A stretch of DNA of 64,000 bases. Source: an uncultured Pseudomonadota bacterium. GTDB lineage: Bacteria > Pseudomonadota > Gammaproteobacteria > Burkholderiales > SG8-39. Below are positions 39,706 through 48,806 of this stretch, in pieces; position 1 is the stretch's first letter; each line of letters opens with the position of its first letter. The notes under the pieces are model-generated. The model saw only the letters and a list, made by a program, of their open reading frames with translations, searched no databases and was not told where the DNA came from. The stretch spans positions 45,744 through 109,743 of the forward strand of contig CAIXPL010000004.1 in NCBI GenBank assembly GCA_903921325.1. Reading direction: 5' to 3'. Position numbers and translations under genes: made by a program.

Positions 39706-41925
39706 TTACTCATCGGTCTCACCCGACTCATAGAGTGCTTCGCGTCCGAGTCGATCGAGACACAGTTCGGCTGTCCAGGGCAGCATGAGTGACCCGCAAC
39801 GGCTGTCCCGATACAGCCGCTCGAGGGGCAAGGTCTTGAGCATGGATTGTCCGCCGCAGGTGCGGATTGCCAGACGGCAGATCTCGTTCGCGTTTTCCAT
39901 CACCGTGTATTGCGTCGAATACAGTCGCAGACGGGCATCCTTGGGTGGATCGATACGCGCTTCATGGATCGTATGCAGAAACAAGGCGCGGGTCTGCTCA
40001 AGTTTTACCCGCATCTCCGCCACTGCAATCTGCTTGGTCGGATACATGCGCCGTTTGACTGGCGGCATGCCCGCTACTTCGCCGCGCAGATACGCCACTG
40101 TGAAATCGTAGGCGGCCTGGGCAATGCCCATATACGTAGGCGACAAGGTCATGAACATGTGAGGCCAGCGCGACGCGGCCTGAAAATACACGCCCGTGGG
40201 CATCAGTTGCTCAGTGTCGGCAACATAGACATTCTTGAATTCCAGATTGCGCGACACCGTGCCGCGCATACCGAGAGGATCCCAATCGCCTGAAATGGTG
40301 ACACCGCTTGCATCGGCTGGCACCGCGATGTACATGGTGTCGCGCATCGATGCGCCAGGCTTGTCTTCAGTACACAGCACACCGTAATAGTGGGCAGCAC
40401 CAGAGAGTGAGGCGAAGATCTTGCGTCCGCTGATCAGCCAGCCACCCTCGGCGCGAGTGGCGAGTGTGCCAAAGGGCGCCTTACCCGCCGCCGCTGCGCT
40501 GCCCTCGGAGAACGGTTGCGCATAGATCGCGCCCTTGTCCACGACGCGCTCGTAGTGCAGCGCGCGACCATGGTTATGCTGGGCGCGCTGCGCCGCGGTC
40601 ATCTCCAGATCATCGGCCAGTGGCCCGGACCACAACTGCGAGCAGGCGTGCATGTTGAAGGTGAGCGCGGTGGCACCGCAGTGCCGCCCGATGGTGGCCG
40701 CGACCATGCAATAGGTAGCGAAATCGGCGCCGTGACCGCCGTGCTCACGCGGCACACACAAGCGCAGCAGCCCGGAATCACGCAGATCGTCATAGTTCTC
40801 AAACGGGAAGGTCGCATCGCGGTCGTATTGCGCCGCGCGCCCGGCAAAACGGGTACGACCCAACTCGTCGGCCAGCGCTATCAGCTGCGCCTGATCGGCA
40901 CTCAGGGGATAACCCTCGCCGGTGATCGGTGGCGGGCTGTAGCGGCGCACCGGGCGGGTCGGTTTGGTTGCCGACGTTGCCGGTGCGGATGCTGACGAGC
41001 CCGCTGCCGCCGCACCGGGTGCCCCCGGCTTGCCTTCAGTCAACCCGCCGGATTGCGCAGCCTTTTGCACGGGCAGCGCCGGAAAATGCTGGCGCAGAAA
41101 CGTGAGCACGCGCTCATCGAACCGCGCGGGTTGTTCCATGTGCGTGAGGTGCCCGGCACCGGGCACACACAGGTATTGCGCACCGTTGACCTTATCGGCC
41201 ATGCGGCTCATCACCGCCGGTGGTGCATTGCCATCGCGCTCACCGACGATGAGCAAGGTCGGCACGGCAATGCGGGCGAGCGCCGCGCGCTCATCGAAGC
41301 CCACCAGAGCCGCGAGCGAGCGGCGATACACATCAGGACTCACCCGCCCCATGGAAGCCTCGGCCAGGGCCACCCCGGCCGGGTCAGCATCCTCACCCAA
41401 CATGGCGGCCACCAGACTGGCTGCCAACTCAGGCATGGTTTTACCGGCATCCAGCGGTGCCAGGCGCGCGGCCAGAAACTCGCGTTGCCAGTCACCCTCG
41501 GGTTTGCCAAAGGCGGGGCTCGTACCGTAGAGGACCAGCCCCTGCACGAGTCCGGGATGAGCCGCCGCGAGCGACTGCGCCACCATACCGCCCATGCTGT
41601 GGCCGACCACTACGGTTTTTGGCGCACCCAGATGTTGAATCAATACGGCAGCCGATTCAGCCAGTGTCCGGATCGTATAGGGATCGATCGAAGCGCTCGC
41701 CCCGTATCCGGGCATGTCCCAGGCCACCACCCGGTAGCCGGCCGCGGCCAGTGACTTCATCTGCCAGGGCCAGACCGTGCGGTCACCACCGATACCGTGC
41801 AGGAGCAGGACTAGCGTATCGCCCGTGCCCTTTTCGGCATACGCTGGCAGTGCGCCGGGGGCCCCGCGTGCGGCACTGTGTGAGTCAGCGTTCGGGGGTG
41901 TGCCTGAATTTTGCGCATTGGTCAT
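39706..41925 (-). CDS. Fusion of an alpha/beta hydrolase and an acyl-CoA dehydrogenase-fold flavoprotein
   Basis: N-terminal LLHGIGG, GHSMGG, GERD, GHL; Ala/Pro linker; C-terminal SGRKIFAS, WDPLGMRGT, LERLYRD. Confidence 0.88.
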   Translation of the reverse strand: MTNAQNSGTPPNADSHSAARGAPGALPAYAEKGTGDTLVLLLHGIGGDRTVWPWQMKSLAAAGYRVVAWDMPGYGASASIDPYTIRTLAESAAVLIQHLGAPKTVVVGHSMGGMVAQSLAAAHPGLVQGLVLYGTSPAFGKPEGDWQREFLAARLAPLDAGKTMPELAASLVAAMLGEDADPAGVALAEASMGRVSPDVYRRSLAALVGFDERAALARIAVPTLLIVGERDGNAPPAVMSRMADKVNGAQYLCVPGAGHLTHMEQPARFDERVLTFLRQHFPALPVQKAAQSGGLTEGKPGAPGAAAAGSSASAPATSATKPTRPVRRYSPPPITGEGYPLSADQAQLIALADELGRTRFAGRAAQYDRDATFPFENYDDLRDSGLLRLCVPREHGGHGADFATYCMVAATIGRHCGATALTFNMHACSQLWSGPLADDLEMTAAQRAQHNHGRALHYERVVDKGAIYAQPFSEGSAAAAGKAPFGTLATRAEGGWLISGRKIFASLSGAAHYYGVLCTEDKPGASMRDTMYIAVPADASGVTISGDWDPLGMRGTVSRNLEFKNVYVADTEQLMPTGVYFQAASRWPHMFMTLSPTYMGIAQAAYDFTVAYLRGEVAGMPPVKRRMYPTKQIAVAEMRVKLEQTRALFLHTIHEARIDPPKDARLRLYSTQYTVMENANEICRLAIRTCGGQSMLKTLPLERLYRDSRCGSLMLPWTAELCLDRLGREALYESGETDE

Positions 41926-41938
41926 GATCGATCACTCA

Positions 41939-43000
41939 TCAAGCGGGCTGCGGTGGCCTGACAGCGTCCACCAGTACCCCATTGTCCACTACGGCGACAC
42001 CATCGAGGCTCACCGTGCAATGGCGCATCGGCAAGTCAAAATGCCCCAGGGTGTGTCGCCCCGCTACTTCGTTCGCACCCGTCGAATACAGAAAATTGCC
42101 GGCGAAGGCGCGCAACTCGGTGCCATTGAAATCACGCCGGTCATAGAAATTCATCGCATCCCAGCGGGCGGCCGGATTCATGCCCCAGCCCACATGCGAC
42201 ACCGCATAGGCTGATCGATCGCCCCAGGCCGCGAAATAGCCGCGCATCAATTCGGCATCAATGCCTTCGCCCGCGATGTCCACGACATGGTCATCGACGA
42301 TGGTGAGTCGGACGGGGTCCTGGATATAGCGCTTGAAGGTGAGATTCACATCACCGGTATCGAGCACCAGAGTGCCGGCGACCGCACCCGCAGCTGGAAA
42401 CGCGAGGCACAAACCACCTGGCCAATGCGCCACTGTGCCCGGGCGGGCGGTGTAGCCCCAAACGCCCCCTACCTGCGCGCCGGCAAGGCTGATCTGCAAG
42501 TCCGTCCCGGCGCGCGAACTCACGTGCATGCGGCTCGCCCCCCGCAACTGGCGCATGGCGGCACGCACGTTGGGCTCCAGCGCCGGATCTGGCATCAACC
42601 GTTCGAGTGCTTCAGGATGTTCATTGGAGATCATCAACAGGCGCGCGCCGCCCTTGAGGATGGCGGGCAGCTCGGGCGCGTGCAGCAAACCCTCAACGGT
42701 GAGATCGACCACCAGCACCGATTGCGACAACGCCGAGATCACTGGCACAAGTCCACCCAAGGCATCGCTTGCGCCGGTCGATCGGACCGGGGCTGGCGCG
42801 CTCAGGCGTGGCGAGGGCACAGTGATGAGAAACGGCCGGCAACCCAGGCGAAGCAGGGCCAGCTCAGCCAACTCCAGATTGATCTGACGCGACTGTGTCT
42901 CGGCGAGAATGGCCACGACATCGCCAGCAACTACGCCACAACGGCCAAACACCTCGGCAAAGCAGTCTATCCATTTGCCCTCGATCCGTTCGCGCAACAT
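41939..43000 (-). CDS. NicX-like dioxygenase (2,5-dihydroxypyridine 5,6-dioxygenase / peptidase M29 fold)
   Basis: AGTDL, HWPGG, SHVGWGMNP, GNFLYSTG, GHFDLP (H...HxD metal set). Confidence 0.8.
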   Translation of the reverse strand: MLRERIEGKWIDCFAEVFGRCGVVAGDVVAILAETQSRQINLELAELALLRLGCRPFLITVPSPRLSAPAPVRSTGASDALGGLVPVISALSQSVLVVDLTVEGLLHAPELPAILKGGARLLMISNEHPEALERLMPDPALEPNVRAAMRQLRGASRMHVSSRAGTDLQISLAGAQVGGVWGYTARPGTVAHWPGGLCLAFPAAGAVAGTLVLDTGDVNLTFKRYIQDPVRLTIVDDHVVDIAGEGIDAELMRGYFAAWGDRSAYAVSHVGWGMNPAARWDAMNFYDRRDFNGTELRAFAGNFLYSTGANEVAGRHTLGHFDLPMRHCTVSLDGVAVVDNGVLVDAVRPPQPA

Positions 43001-43207
43001 CGCTCTCTATCCTCCGTGGCTGGACGGACCAGCCGGGGTACTGCGACCCGGTCTGGTAGCACCTGAGCTTATTCTACGTGCCCGGCGCGATGCTGACCGG
43101 GAGCGACCGCCCTCACCCTATCGATCACCGCTGACCGACCCGGCCCATTTCGAGCGGTAATGACCCATAGCGCTGGATGCCCAAGTGCGGCACACCAGGG
43201 CCTGAGC

Positions 43208-43993
43208 CTACTTTCTAACCCCCGGTGTCTCAATCGCGAGCCCCTGTGCACGCCAGGCCAGAAACAGTTCCAGATCAAGATATTCCGCGGCGCCGTAGGG
43301 CCACATTTCGGCACGCACACCCGACAGGCAACTGCGAAACCGTCGATGCAACGACCCGGCCTTTTGCCATTCAATGCGATAAATCGGATAGGCATTCGGT
43401 TGGCCCTGACTGATGGTCTCGGCCAGCAGCCGGCGCCCCCAGTTTTGCTCATGGCAGTTGTTGCACGCGAGATTCATCTGGCCCATGCGGCGGTAGTACA
43501 GCGCTTGCCCAGCTTCGAAATGCGCGCGTGCCGGCCCTTCGATCGACACCCCGATCGGCATGCCGCGCGACATCGAACCGACATAGGCCGCGATCGCGAT
43601 TGCATCATCCGATTCCGCTGTGAACGCGGGTGCCCTCTGGTGCGTCACCCGGCAGGCGTCGATGCGCCCCGACAGATTGAGGAGCCGGGCAAGGGTCGTG
43701 TCAAATTGTGGGTAGTGCGCCGCCACCCCTGCCATGCTGCGCGTTGCCTCACCGTGACACTGGGCGCACGCGATGTTCGCGCTGCCGGCCGGCGATGACC
43801 ACAGCTGCGCACCACGGTCGAGCCACAGTTGCGCCGGGTTGGCGAAATCATCGGCTTGCATTGCCTTGATGGCAGGTGCCTGAAAGCTCAGCCCCGAGCG
43901 CAATGCATCCAGTCCGATCACCCGTTGCTGAGCAAGGGCGGGCGCAACCGATAGCAGCAGACCGGTAGTGATCAGCAGGGCGAGGCGCGTCAT
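43208..43993 (-). CDS. soxA: Diheme cytochrome SoxA
   Basis: Signal peptide, MQADDFANP, CAQCH, CNNCH, YPIYR, RFRSC, ETPGVR. Confidence 0.92.
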   Translation of the reverse strand: MTRLALLITTGLLLSVAPALAQQRVIGLDALRSGLSFQAPAIKAMQADDFANPAQLWLDRGAQLWSSPAGSANIACAQCHGEATRSMAGVAAHYPQFDTTLARLLNLSGRIDACRVTHQRAPAFTAESDDAIAIAAYVGSMSRGMPIGVSIEGPARAHFEAGQALYYRRMGQMNLACNNCHEQNWGRRLLAETISQGQPNAYPIYRIEWQKAGSLHRRFRSCLSGVRAEMWPYGAAEYLDLELFLAWRAQGLAIETPGVRK

Positions 43994-44088
43994 GACTGAC
44001 CCGATCCCAGCGGCCGTCCGACGCGCGACTCGGGTAGACGCTGCCCGCACCTCATCGGGCGCACGCCGCGCTGCAACAAGTCTGTGGC

Positions 44089-44580
44089 TCATCGCAGTGT
44101 CTCCAGATACCGCACCACATCTTCGATCCCTTGTGCATCGAGTACCGGATGTCCCGCAAAAGCCGCAGCCACGCGCACCCTGCCCTCAACCCGATAATAG
44201 GCGGGCATGATGGATTGCGGGTTGATACGGCTTGAGTCGACCACGCGCAGGCGCAGTTGCCCTGCGTTCAGCCGAGCGCCGACCTGATCCAGTGGGGGCC
44301 CGAGATCACCCATGGCCTGCGAATCGCCGCCTGGCACCTGGTGACAGAGCACGCAGTTGGCGGTCCGTGAGAACACGAGTGCGCGTCCGCGCGCCGCTTC
44401 ACCAGACAATCCGCCCAGGGCCTCATTGATGGCGCCGGCTTCGACCCTGAAAGGCAACAGATCGTCATCGGCCCGGCTAGCCGAGGCGGCGAACACCAAG
44501 ACCAAGGCCAACGCCAATGAACACGCACGGGCGGACGAACACAAGGCGCTGCGCGCGACGCGTGCGAACCGGGACAACAT
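44089..44580 (-). CDS. soxX: Cytochrome SoxX
   Basis: NCVLCH, GDLGPPL, NPQSIMPAYY, IEDVVRYLETL. Confidence 0.9.
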   Translation of the reverse strand: MLSRFARVARSALCSSARACSLALALVLVFAASASRADDDLLPFRVEAGAINEALGGLSGEAARGRALVFSRTANCVLCHQVPGGDSQAMGDLGPPLDQVGARLNAGQLRLRVVDSSRINPQSIMPAYYRVEGRVRVAAAFAGHPVLDAQGIEDVVRYLETLR

Positions 44581-44612
44581 GCACATCCGCAGCGGCGGCG
44601 TCGGTTCGACGC

Positions 44613-45680
44613 CTATTCGACGTGCGCGCCCGAGGCCTTGATTGCACGTCCCCACTGATCCATCTCCTTGGCAATGAAAGCGGCGAATTCCGCCGGGCTA
44701 TTTCCCCTGGGCTCAAGCCCCTGCGCGGCCAGTGTCGTCTTTGCCTCGGGCGTGGCGAGCGAGCGCCGGATCGCGGCATTGAGCTTGTTGATCACCTCGG
44801 CCGGCGTGCCCGCCGGGGCCACGACACCGCTCCAGAATGAAATCTCGAATTGCGGCAAGCCGGCCTCAATCACGGTGGGCACCTCGGGATAGGCCGGGTT
44901 GCGCTCGCGCGATGTCACCACCAACGCCCGTAACTTTCCCGCGCGAATGTGCGGCCCAAGGTTGGCAAAACTCTCAAACACCATCTGCACCTGGCCTGCG
45001 AGCAGGTCAGCCACAGCCGGGCCGCCGCCCTTGTAGGGCACATGAACGATGTCGGTGTTGGTGATCATCTTGAACAATTCACCGGCCAGGTGCAGGGGGG
45101 TGCCACTGCCGGCCGACGCAAAATTGAGCTTGCCCGGATGCGCGCGGGCGAGGTCGATCAGTTCACGCACACTGGTTGCCGGCACCGAGGGGTGGACCGC
45201 GAGCACCAGCGGACCGATCGATACCATGCTCACCGGCGCAAACGATGACCGCGGATCATAGCCAAGCTTCGGGTACATCCCGGGTGCTATCCCCAGGGTG
45301 CTGGTGCTGCCATAGAGCAAAGTGTAGCCATCGGCGGGCGCGTTGGCGGCGGCCTCGGAACCGACTGTGCCACCCGCGCCGGGATGATTGTCGATCAGCA
45401 CCTGTTGGCCAAGGGACTCGGCGAGTTTCTGCGCGACCAGCCGACCGACGATATCGGTTGGGCCACCCGGTGGGAAGGGCACCACCAGGCGCAAGGGATG
45501 GGTTGGATACGATTGAGCACAGACACCGGTGGCTACCAGCACCAGGCCGGCAGCACTGGTTGCGAGCAATTTCCGAACCAAACTTGGACTGAGGAAGCTG
45601 CGCGCCCCCCACAGTCTGATGACTTTAGTTTGACAGTTGTTCGACATTAGAGTGAATGGGTATAGTGCACTGAATGACAT
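44613..45680 (-). CDS. Bug/TctC substrate-binding protein (true start probably downstream)
   Basis: YPTHPLRLVVPFPPGGPTD, ADGYTLL, HVPYKGGGP. Confidence 0.94.
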   Translation of the reverse strand: MSFSALYPFTLMSNNCQTKVIRLWGARSFLSPSLVRKLLATSAAGLVLVATGVCAQSYPTHPLRLVVPFPPGGPTDIVGRLVAQKLAESLGQQVLIDNHPGAGGTVGSEAAANAPADGYTLLYGSTSTLGIAPGMYPKLGYDPRSSFAPVSMVSIGPLVLAVHPSVPATSVRELIDLARAHPGKLNFASAGSGTPLHLAGELFKMITNTDIVHVPYKGGGPAVADLLAGQVQMVFESFANLGPHIRAGKLRALVVTSRERNPAYPEVPTVIEAGLPQFEISFWSGVVAPAGTPAEVINKLNAAIRRSLATPEAKTTLAAQGLEPRGNSPAEFAAFIAKEMDQWGRAIKASGAHVE

Positions 45681-46078
45681 TGGCCCACGGGCTATGCGAG
45701 AGGCCGCTAAGTAAATCAGGTCCCTCGACGTTCAGTGTGGAATCTTACTTGAGCCTACCAATTCCGTAGAAATGGTTAAGCGCAATCTGAACGCTTCATC
45801 TCAACCAGAGCACGGGATTAATACCGGCGCGCTGATCTCGGACGATGCTGCGAGAGCATTGTTGGCCAGGCTTGCCCTCTTGGGTGGAAAGTGGCGGGAG
45901 ATTTGCAGCGAGTTGGACTCTGCTGGGTATGGACCTCTTGGAGCTTGCTGCGGGCGAACCAGTTGGCCCCAACCCCGCAGCAAGCTTCAAACTATGTAGG
46001 CTCGACATTGCGGGCTTGGCGGCGAAGAAGGGCTTGTCCCTCAAGTAGCATCTTCCTGATCCCCAGGCTCTGGACCTG

Positions 46079-46426
46079 TTACCCGATCACATCGGCAGCG
46101 ACCTCACGCAGCGTCTTGATGTCGGCCGCCGAGAGGCGGCCCATGACGCGCAAGACGAGTCCTTGCTCGATGGTAGTGAAAACCGGCTTGAGCACCGACT
46201 CCTTGACGAGCCCGGCACCTTGCCAGTCGCCGACCGTCGCCTCGCCGAAGGCAAGCGGTGTGCGCACCTGACTCGTGATGGCCATGATCACGATGTCGCG
46301 CCGGCTGGCGTTGTAGCCGTGGCTTGAGACGACAACGGCCGGGCGCTTCTTGGTGCCCGACTGATCGGTGAACGGAAACGGTACCAACACCACGTCGCCG
46401 AAGCTGAACCTTGAGGTGGCGGCCAT
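46079..46426 (-). CDS. PemK/MazF-family toxin
   Basis: FGDVVLVPFPFTDQSGTKKRPAVVVS, AITS. Confidence 0.92.
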   Translation of the reverse strand: MAATSRFSFGDVVLVPFPFTDQSGTKKRPAVVVSSHGYNASRRDIVIMAITSQVRTPLAFGEATVGDWQGAGLVKESVLKPVFTTIEQGLVLRVMGRLSAADIKTLREVAADVIG

Positions 46427-46429
46427 CGA

Positions 46430-46630
46430 TTACAGCCGGTCGTAAGCCGCGTCCTCGTCGTTGTCCCACACCTTGGAGAAGCTGGCTTCGCTGGCCTTGG
46501 CCGCAGCATGGGTGAGGCGCTGCTCATCCTCACGGGCGCGCAGGAAATCGACGAAGTCCTCGACCTCGGCCAGGCGCTGCGGGGGGAGCTGCTTGATCTT
46601 GTCGAACAAGACCTGATCGGGTGCGTTCAT
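46430..46630 (-). CDS. Putative antitoxin (DUF2281-like)
   Basis: KIKQLPPQRLAEVEDFVDFL, acidic WDNDEDAAYD tail; upstream of the toxin; AAGGAG SD. Confidence 0.82.
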   Translation of the reverse strand: MNAPDQVLFDKIKQLPPQRLAEVEDFVDFLRAREDEQRLTHAAAKASEASFSKVWDNDEDAAYDRL

Positions 46631-46675
46631 GGCATCGACTCCTTCGGGTTCCTCTTCTCGCTGCTGCCGCGCTGG

Positions 46676-47047
46676 TCAGCGCGTCATGGCCTGGGCCAAG
46701 GCCATCTCGATCATGCGTGCGACGAACTGCTGGCGCGACTTGGGCAGTTGGGCCACGGCCTCGATCTGCTGCTGCCACTGCGGCACCGGCCCGCGCTTGC
46801 CGCGCGCGGCCTTGGCTTGCTCTTCGCCGAACAAGACCTCCAGCGAGACCGCCAACGTACTGGCCACCACGGGCAAGGCTGACACCGGGATGCACCGTCT
46901 GCCGGCCTCATAGGCATGCACCGTCTGCTGCGACACGCCCAGCGCCTCAGCCAGTTGCGTCTGCGTGACGCTGCGCGCCTTGCGCAAGGAGGCGATGCGT
47001 TCGCCGAGGGTTACGAAGAACTGGCACTCGTCGCTGCTGATGGCCAT
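46676..47047 (-). CDS. XRE-family HTH regulator
   Basis: LGERIASLRK..TQTQLAEALGVSQQTVHAYEAG, KRGP. Confidence 0.9.
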   Translation of the reverse strand: MAISSDECQFFVTLGERIASLRKARSVTQTQLAEALGVSQQTVHAYEAGRRCIPVSALPVVASTLAVSLEVLFGEEQAKAARGKRGPVPQWQQQIEAVAQLPKSRQQFVARMIEMALAQAMTR

Positions 47048-47218
47048 GGCTGCTGAGGGTGCGTCGTGCAAGAGAGCAGCCATGACGATATCCAAAGCGT
47101 GGTGCGGTGCTGGTCAGCATATCGCAATACGTGGTACAACAAAAGCGAGTTATTTATTTAGCTGCCTGTTCGCCGCAAAGCCCCTGCGCCGCAGTCGGAC
47201 AAAGAGGAGTCCGATCCC

Positions 47219-47290
47219 GTGGCACGCATCCCCGAGACTGAGCTTGAGCGGCTGAAAAGTGAGGTGAGCGTGCAGCGCCTGGCCGAAGCC
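47219..47290 (+). pseudogene. N-terminal 24 codons of a CHC2 zinc-finger/Toprim primase-like gene
   Basis: MARIPETELERLKSEVSVQRLAEA with GAGGAG SD; resemblance recalled, not searched. Confidence 0.65.
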
Positions 47291-47348
47291 CAAGCAGCGC
47301 GCGGTGATGGATGTGATCGAGGCCTTGCTGGTGCGGCAGGGCCGCTGA
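47283..47348 (+). pseudogene. C-terminal remnant of a second XRE regulator
   Basis: +1 frame PKPKQRAVMDVIEALLVRQGR* aligns with LPKSRQQFVARMIEMALAQAMTR* of 46676-47047. Confidence 0.7.
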
Positions 47349-47362
47349 AGACGGGAGCGACG

Positions 47363-47626
47363 ATGAACGCTGTGGTGTTCGAGCATGTGCCGGTGGCCGA
47401 GTTGCCGGAGAAGTGGCGCGCGAAGTTGACCCAGGCCGGCAGCGCCACGGTGACGGTGCGCATCGAGGAAGAAGCGCAGGCCGCCGCACCGGTCGAGGAA
47501 TTCGTCACCGACGATCCGGCATTCGGCATCTGGCGCGACCGCGATGACATGGCCGACGTGGCGGCCTACGTGCGCAAGATTCGCGAGCCGCGCTACAACC
47601 GCGACGGCTCGCGCAACGAACCCTGA
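47363..47626 (+). CDS. Putative VapB-type antitoxin
   Basis: GGGAG SD; AFGIWRDRDDMADVAAYVRKIR motif; directly upstream of a PIN start. Confidence 0.7.
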   Translation: MNAVVFEHVPVAELPEKWRAKLTQAGSATVTVRIEEEAQAAAPVEEFVTDDPAFGIWRDRDDMADVAAYVRKIREPRYNRDGSRNEP

Positions 47627-47628
47627 TA

Positions 47629-47667
47629 ATGCTGGTCGATACCGATGTGCTGATCTGACATCTGCGC
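47629..47667 (+). pseudogene. vapC: VapC N-terminal remnant with a nonsense codon
   Basis: MLVDTDVLI*HLR; TGA at 47656-47658 where Trp (TGG) is expected. Confidence 0.75.
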
Positions 47668-47980
47668 TGGTACCAGCGGCTCACACTAAAGACCTGAACC
47701 CGGCACCCTCCTATGCCAGAGCCACTTTGAAATCGGCGAGCAGGCGCTGACGGTCGAACTTCTTGGGCATCGCGTAAGCGGGCGAGTCCAACTCGGCCAA
47801 GAGCATGCCTTCCATAGGTTCTGGCAGTTCGGCCTGCGGCGAGCGCACCCGAGTTCGACACTTTGATGTCTTAAAGGGCAGTTTTTAAGCCTTTTGACCT
47901 CAAGGACCTGGACGATATCTTCAAATAAGTACACCCAGGGGTGCCGAGACAAATCATGTATGTGATAGTAATATACAAAG

Positions 47981-48283
47981 ATGATTGATCTAGCCAAGAT
48001 CAGCGGCTTCAATTGGGACGCTGGCAATGCTCGCAAAAGTGAAGACAAGCACGGCGTCTCTATGGCGGAGGCGGAGCAGGTGTTTTTCAACACCCCGCTG
48101 CTGATCCTGGAGGATGCAGCACACAGCGCCCAGGAGATCCGCATTCATGCGCTGGGAAAGACGGACGAAGGGCGAGCCTTGCACATCAGCTTCACCCTAC
48201 GCAAAGCAGGAACCTTGATTCGGGTTATTTCTGCCCGAGACATGCACCGAAAGGAGCGAGCGATTTATGACCAAGCCAAATAA
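47981..48283 (+). CDS. brnT: BrnT family toxin
   Basis: FNWDAGNARK..KHGVS, EIRIHALG, IRVISAR. Confidence 0.94.
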   Translation: MIDLAKISGFNWDAGNARKSEDKHGVSMAEAEQVFFNTPLLILEDAAHSAQEIRIHALGKTDEGRALHISFTLRKAGTLIRVISARDMHRKERAIYDQAK

Positions 48284-48545
48284 GGCCCCTTTGAAAGCAA
48301 CGCCGAGGTTCGCCAGCGAAAAGGCCGAGCGGGCGTACTGGGAGTCTCATGACTCCACGGACCATCTGGATTGGAGCCAAGCCCAGAAGGTCTCCCTCCC
48401 CAATCTCAAGCCAACGACCAAAACAATTTCTCTGCGCTTGCCTCAGCACTTGCTTGACTCGATCAAGTCGGCAGCGAATTCGCGCGACGTGCCTTATCAG
48501 TCACTGATCAAAGTCTGGCTGCAGGAAAAATTGCACAACCATTGA
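48267..48545 (+). CDS. brnA: BrnA/CopG-type antitoxin
   Basis: YWESHDS, TISLRLP, DVPYQSLIKVWL; overlaps brnT. Confidence 0.9.
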   Translation: MTKPNKAPLKATPRFASEKAERAYWESHDSTDHLDWSQAQKVSLPNLKPTTKTISLRLPQHLLDSIKSAANSRDVPYQSLIKVWLQEKLHNH

Positions 48546-48806
48546 ATAGTCACTAACCATGGAAAAAGGTCCTGCTCGACTTAGCACGCGACAGCAACCG
48601 TGATGAGGATCCGACCGAGCGTGCTTCCATAGACAGCGTGCTAAACGCTGCCCAAACTAAAGTACCCACTAGGATCGGTATAGGCGAGGGGGTTGTTTAG
48701 CACATGGGCGTAGCGGTCGTAGCTCGCTCGACTGTGCCGCTTCGGCGTCTTCTATCACCGCAGTATATAGTGGCACTTCCCCGTTTGAATCGAGGCAATT
48801 CATCCG

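Larger units (their letters stand above)
46079..47667. mobile_element. Collapsed XRE-primase integrative-element remnant with a TA pair on each arm
   Basis: Divergent XRE and primase-like start; primase N-terminus joined to the C-terminus of a second XRE. Confidence 0.62.

Noticed and set aside
43208-44580. soxXA as proof of thiosulfate lithotrophy
   Set aside because: soxYZ, soxB and soxCD are absent from the window
45772-46048. Short overlapping ORFs at the left edge of island 2
   Set aside because: Possibly a frameshifted gene scrap, but no family recognised
47711-47870. Minus-strand frame ending MEGMLLAELDSPAYAMPKKFDRQRLLADFKVALA*
   Set aside because: Looks like a gene tail but I cannot assign it; needs a BLAST search
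48550-48600. CACTAAC after brnA as the start of an attC
   Set aside because: No matching GTTRRRY end or hairpin follows
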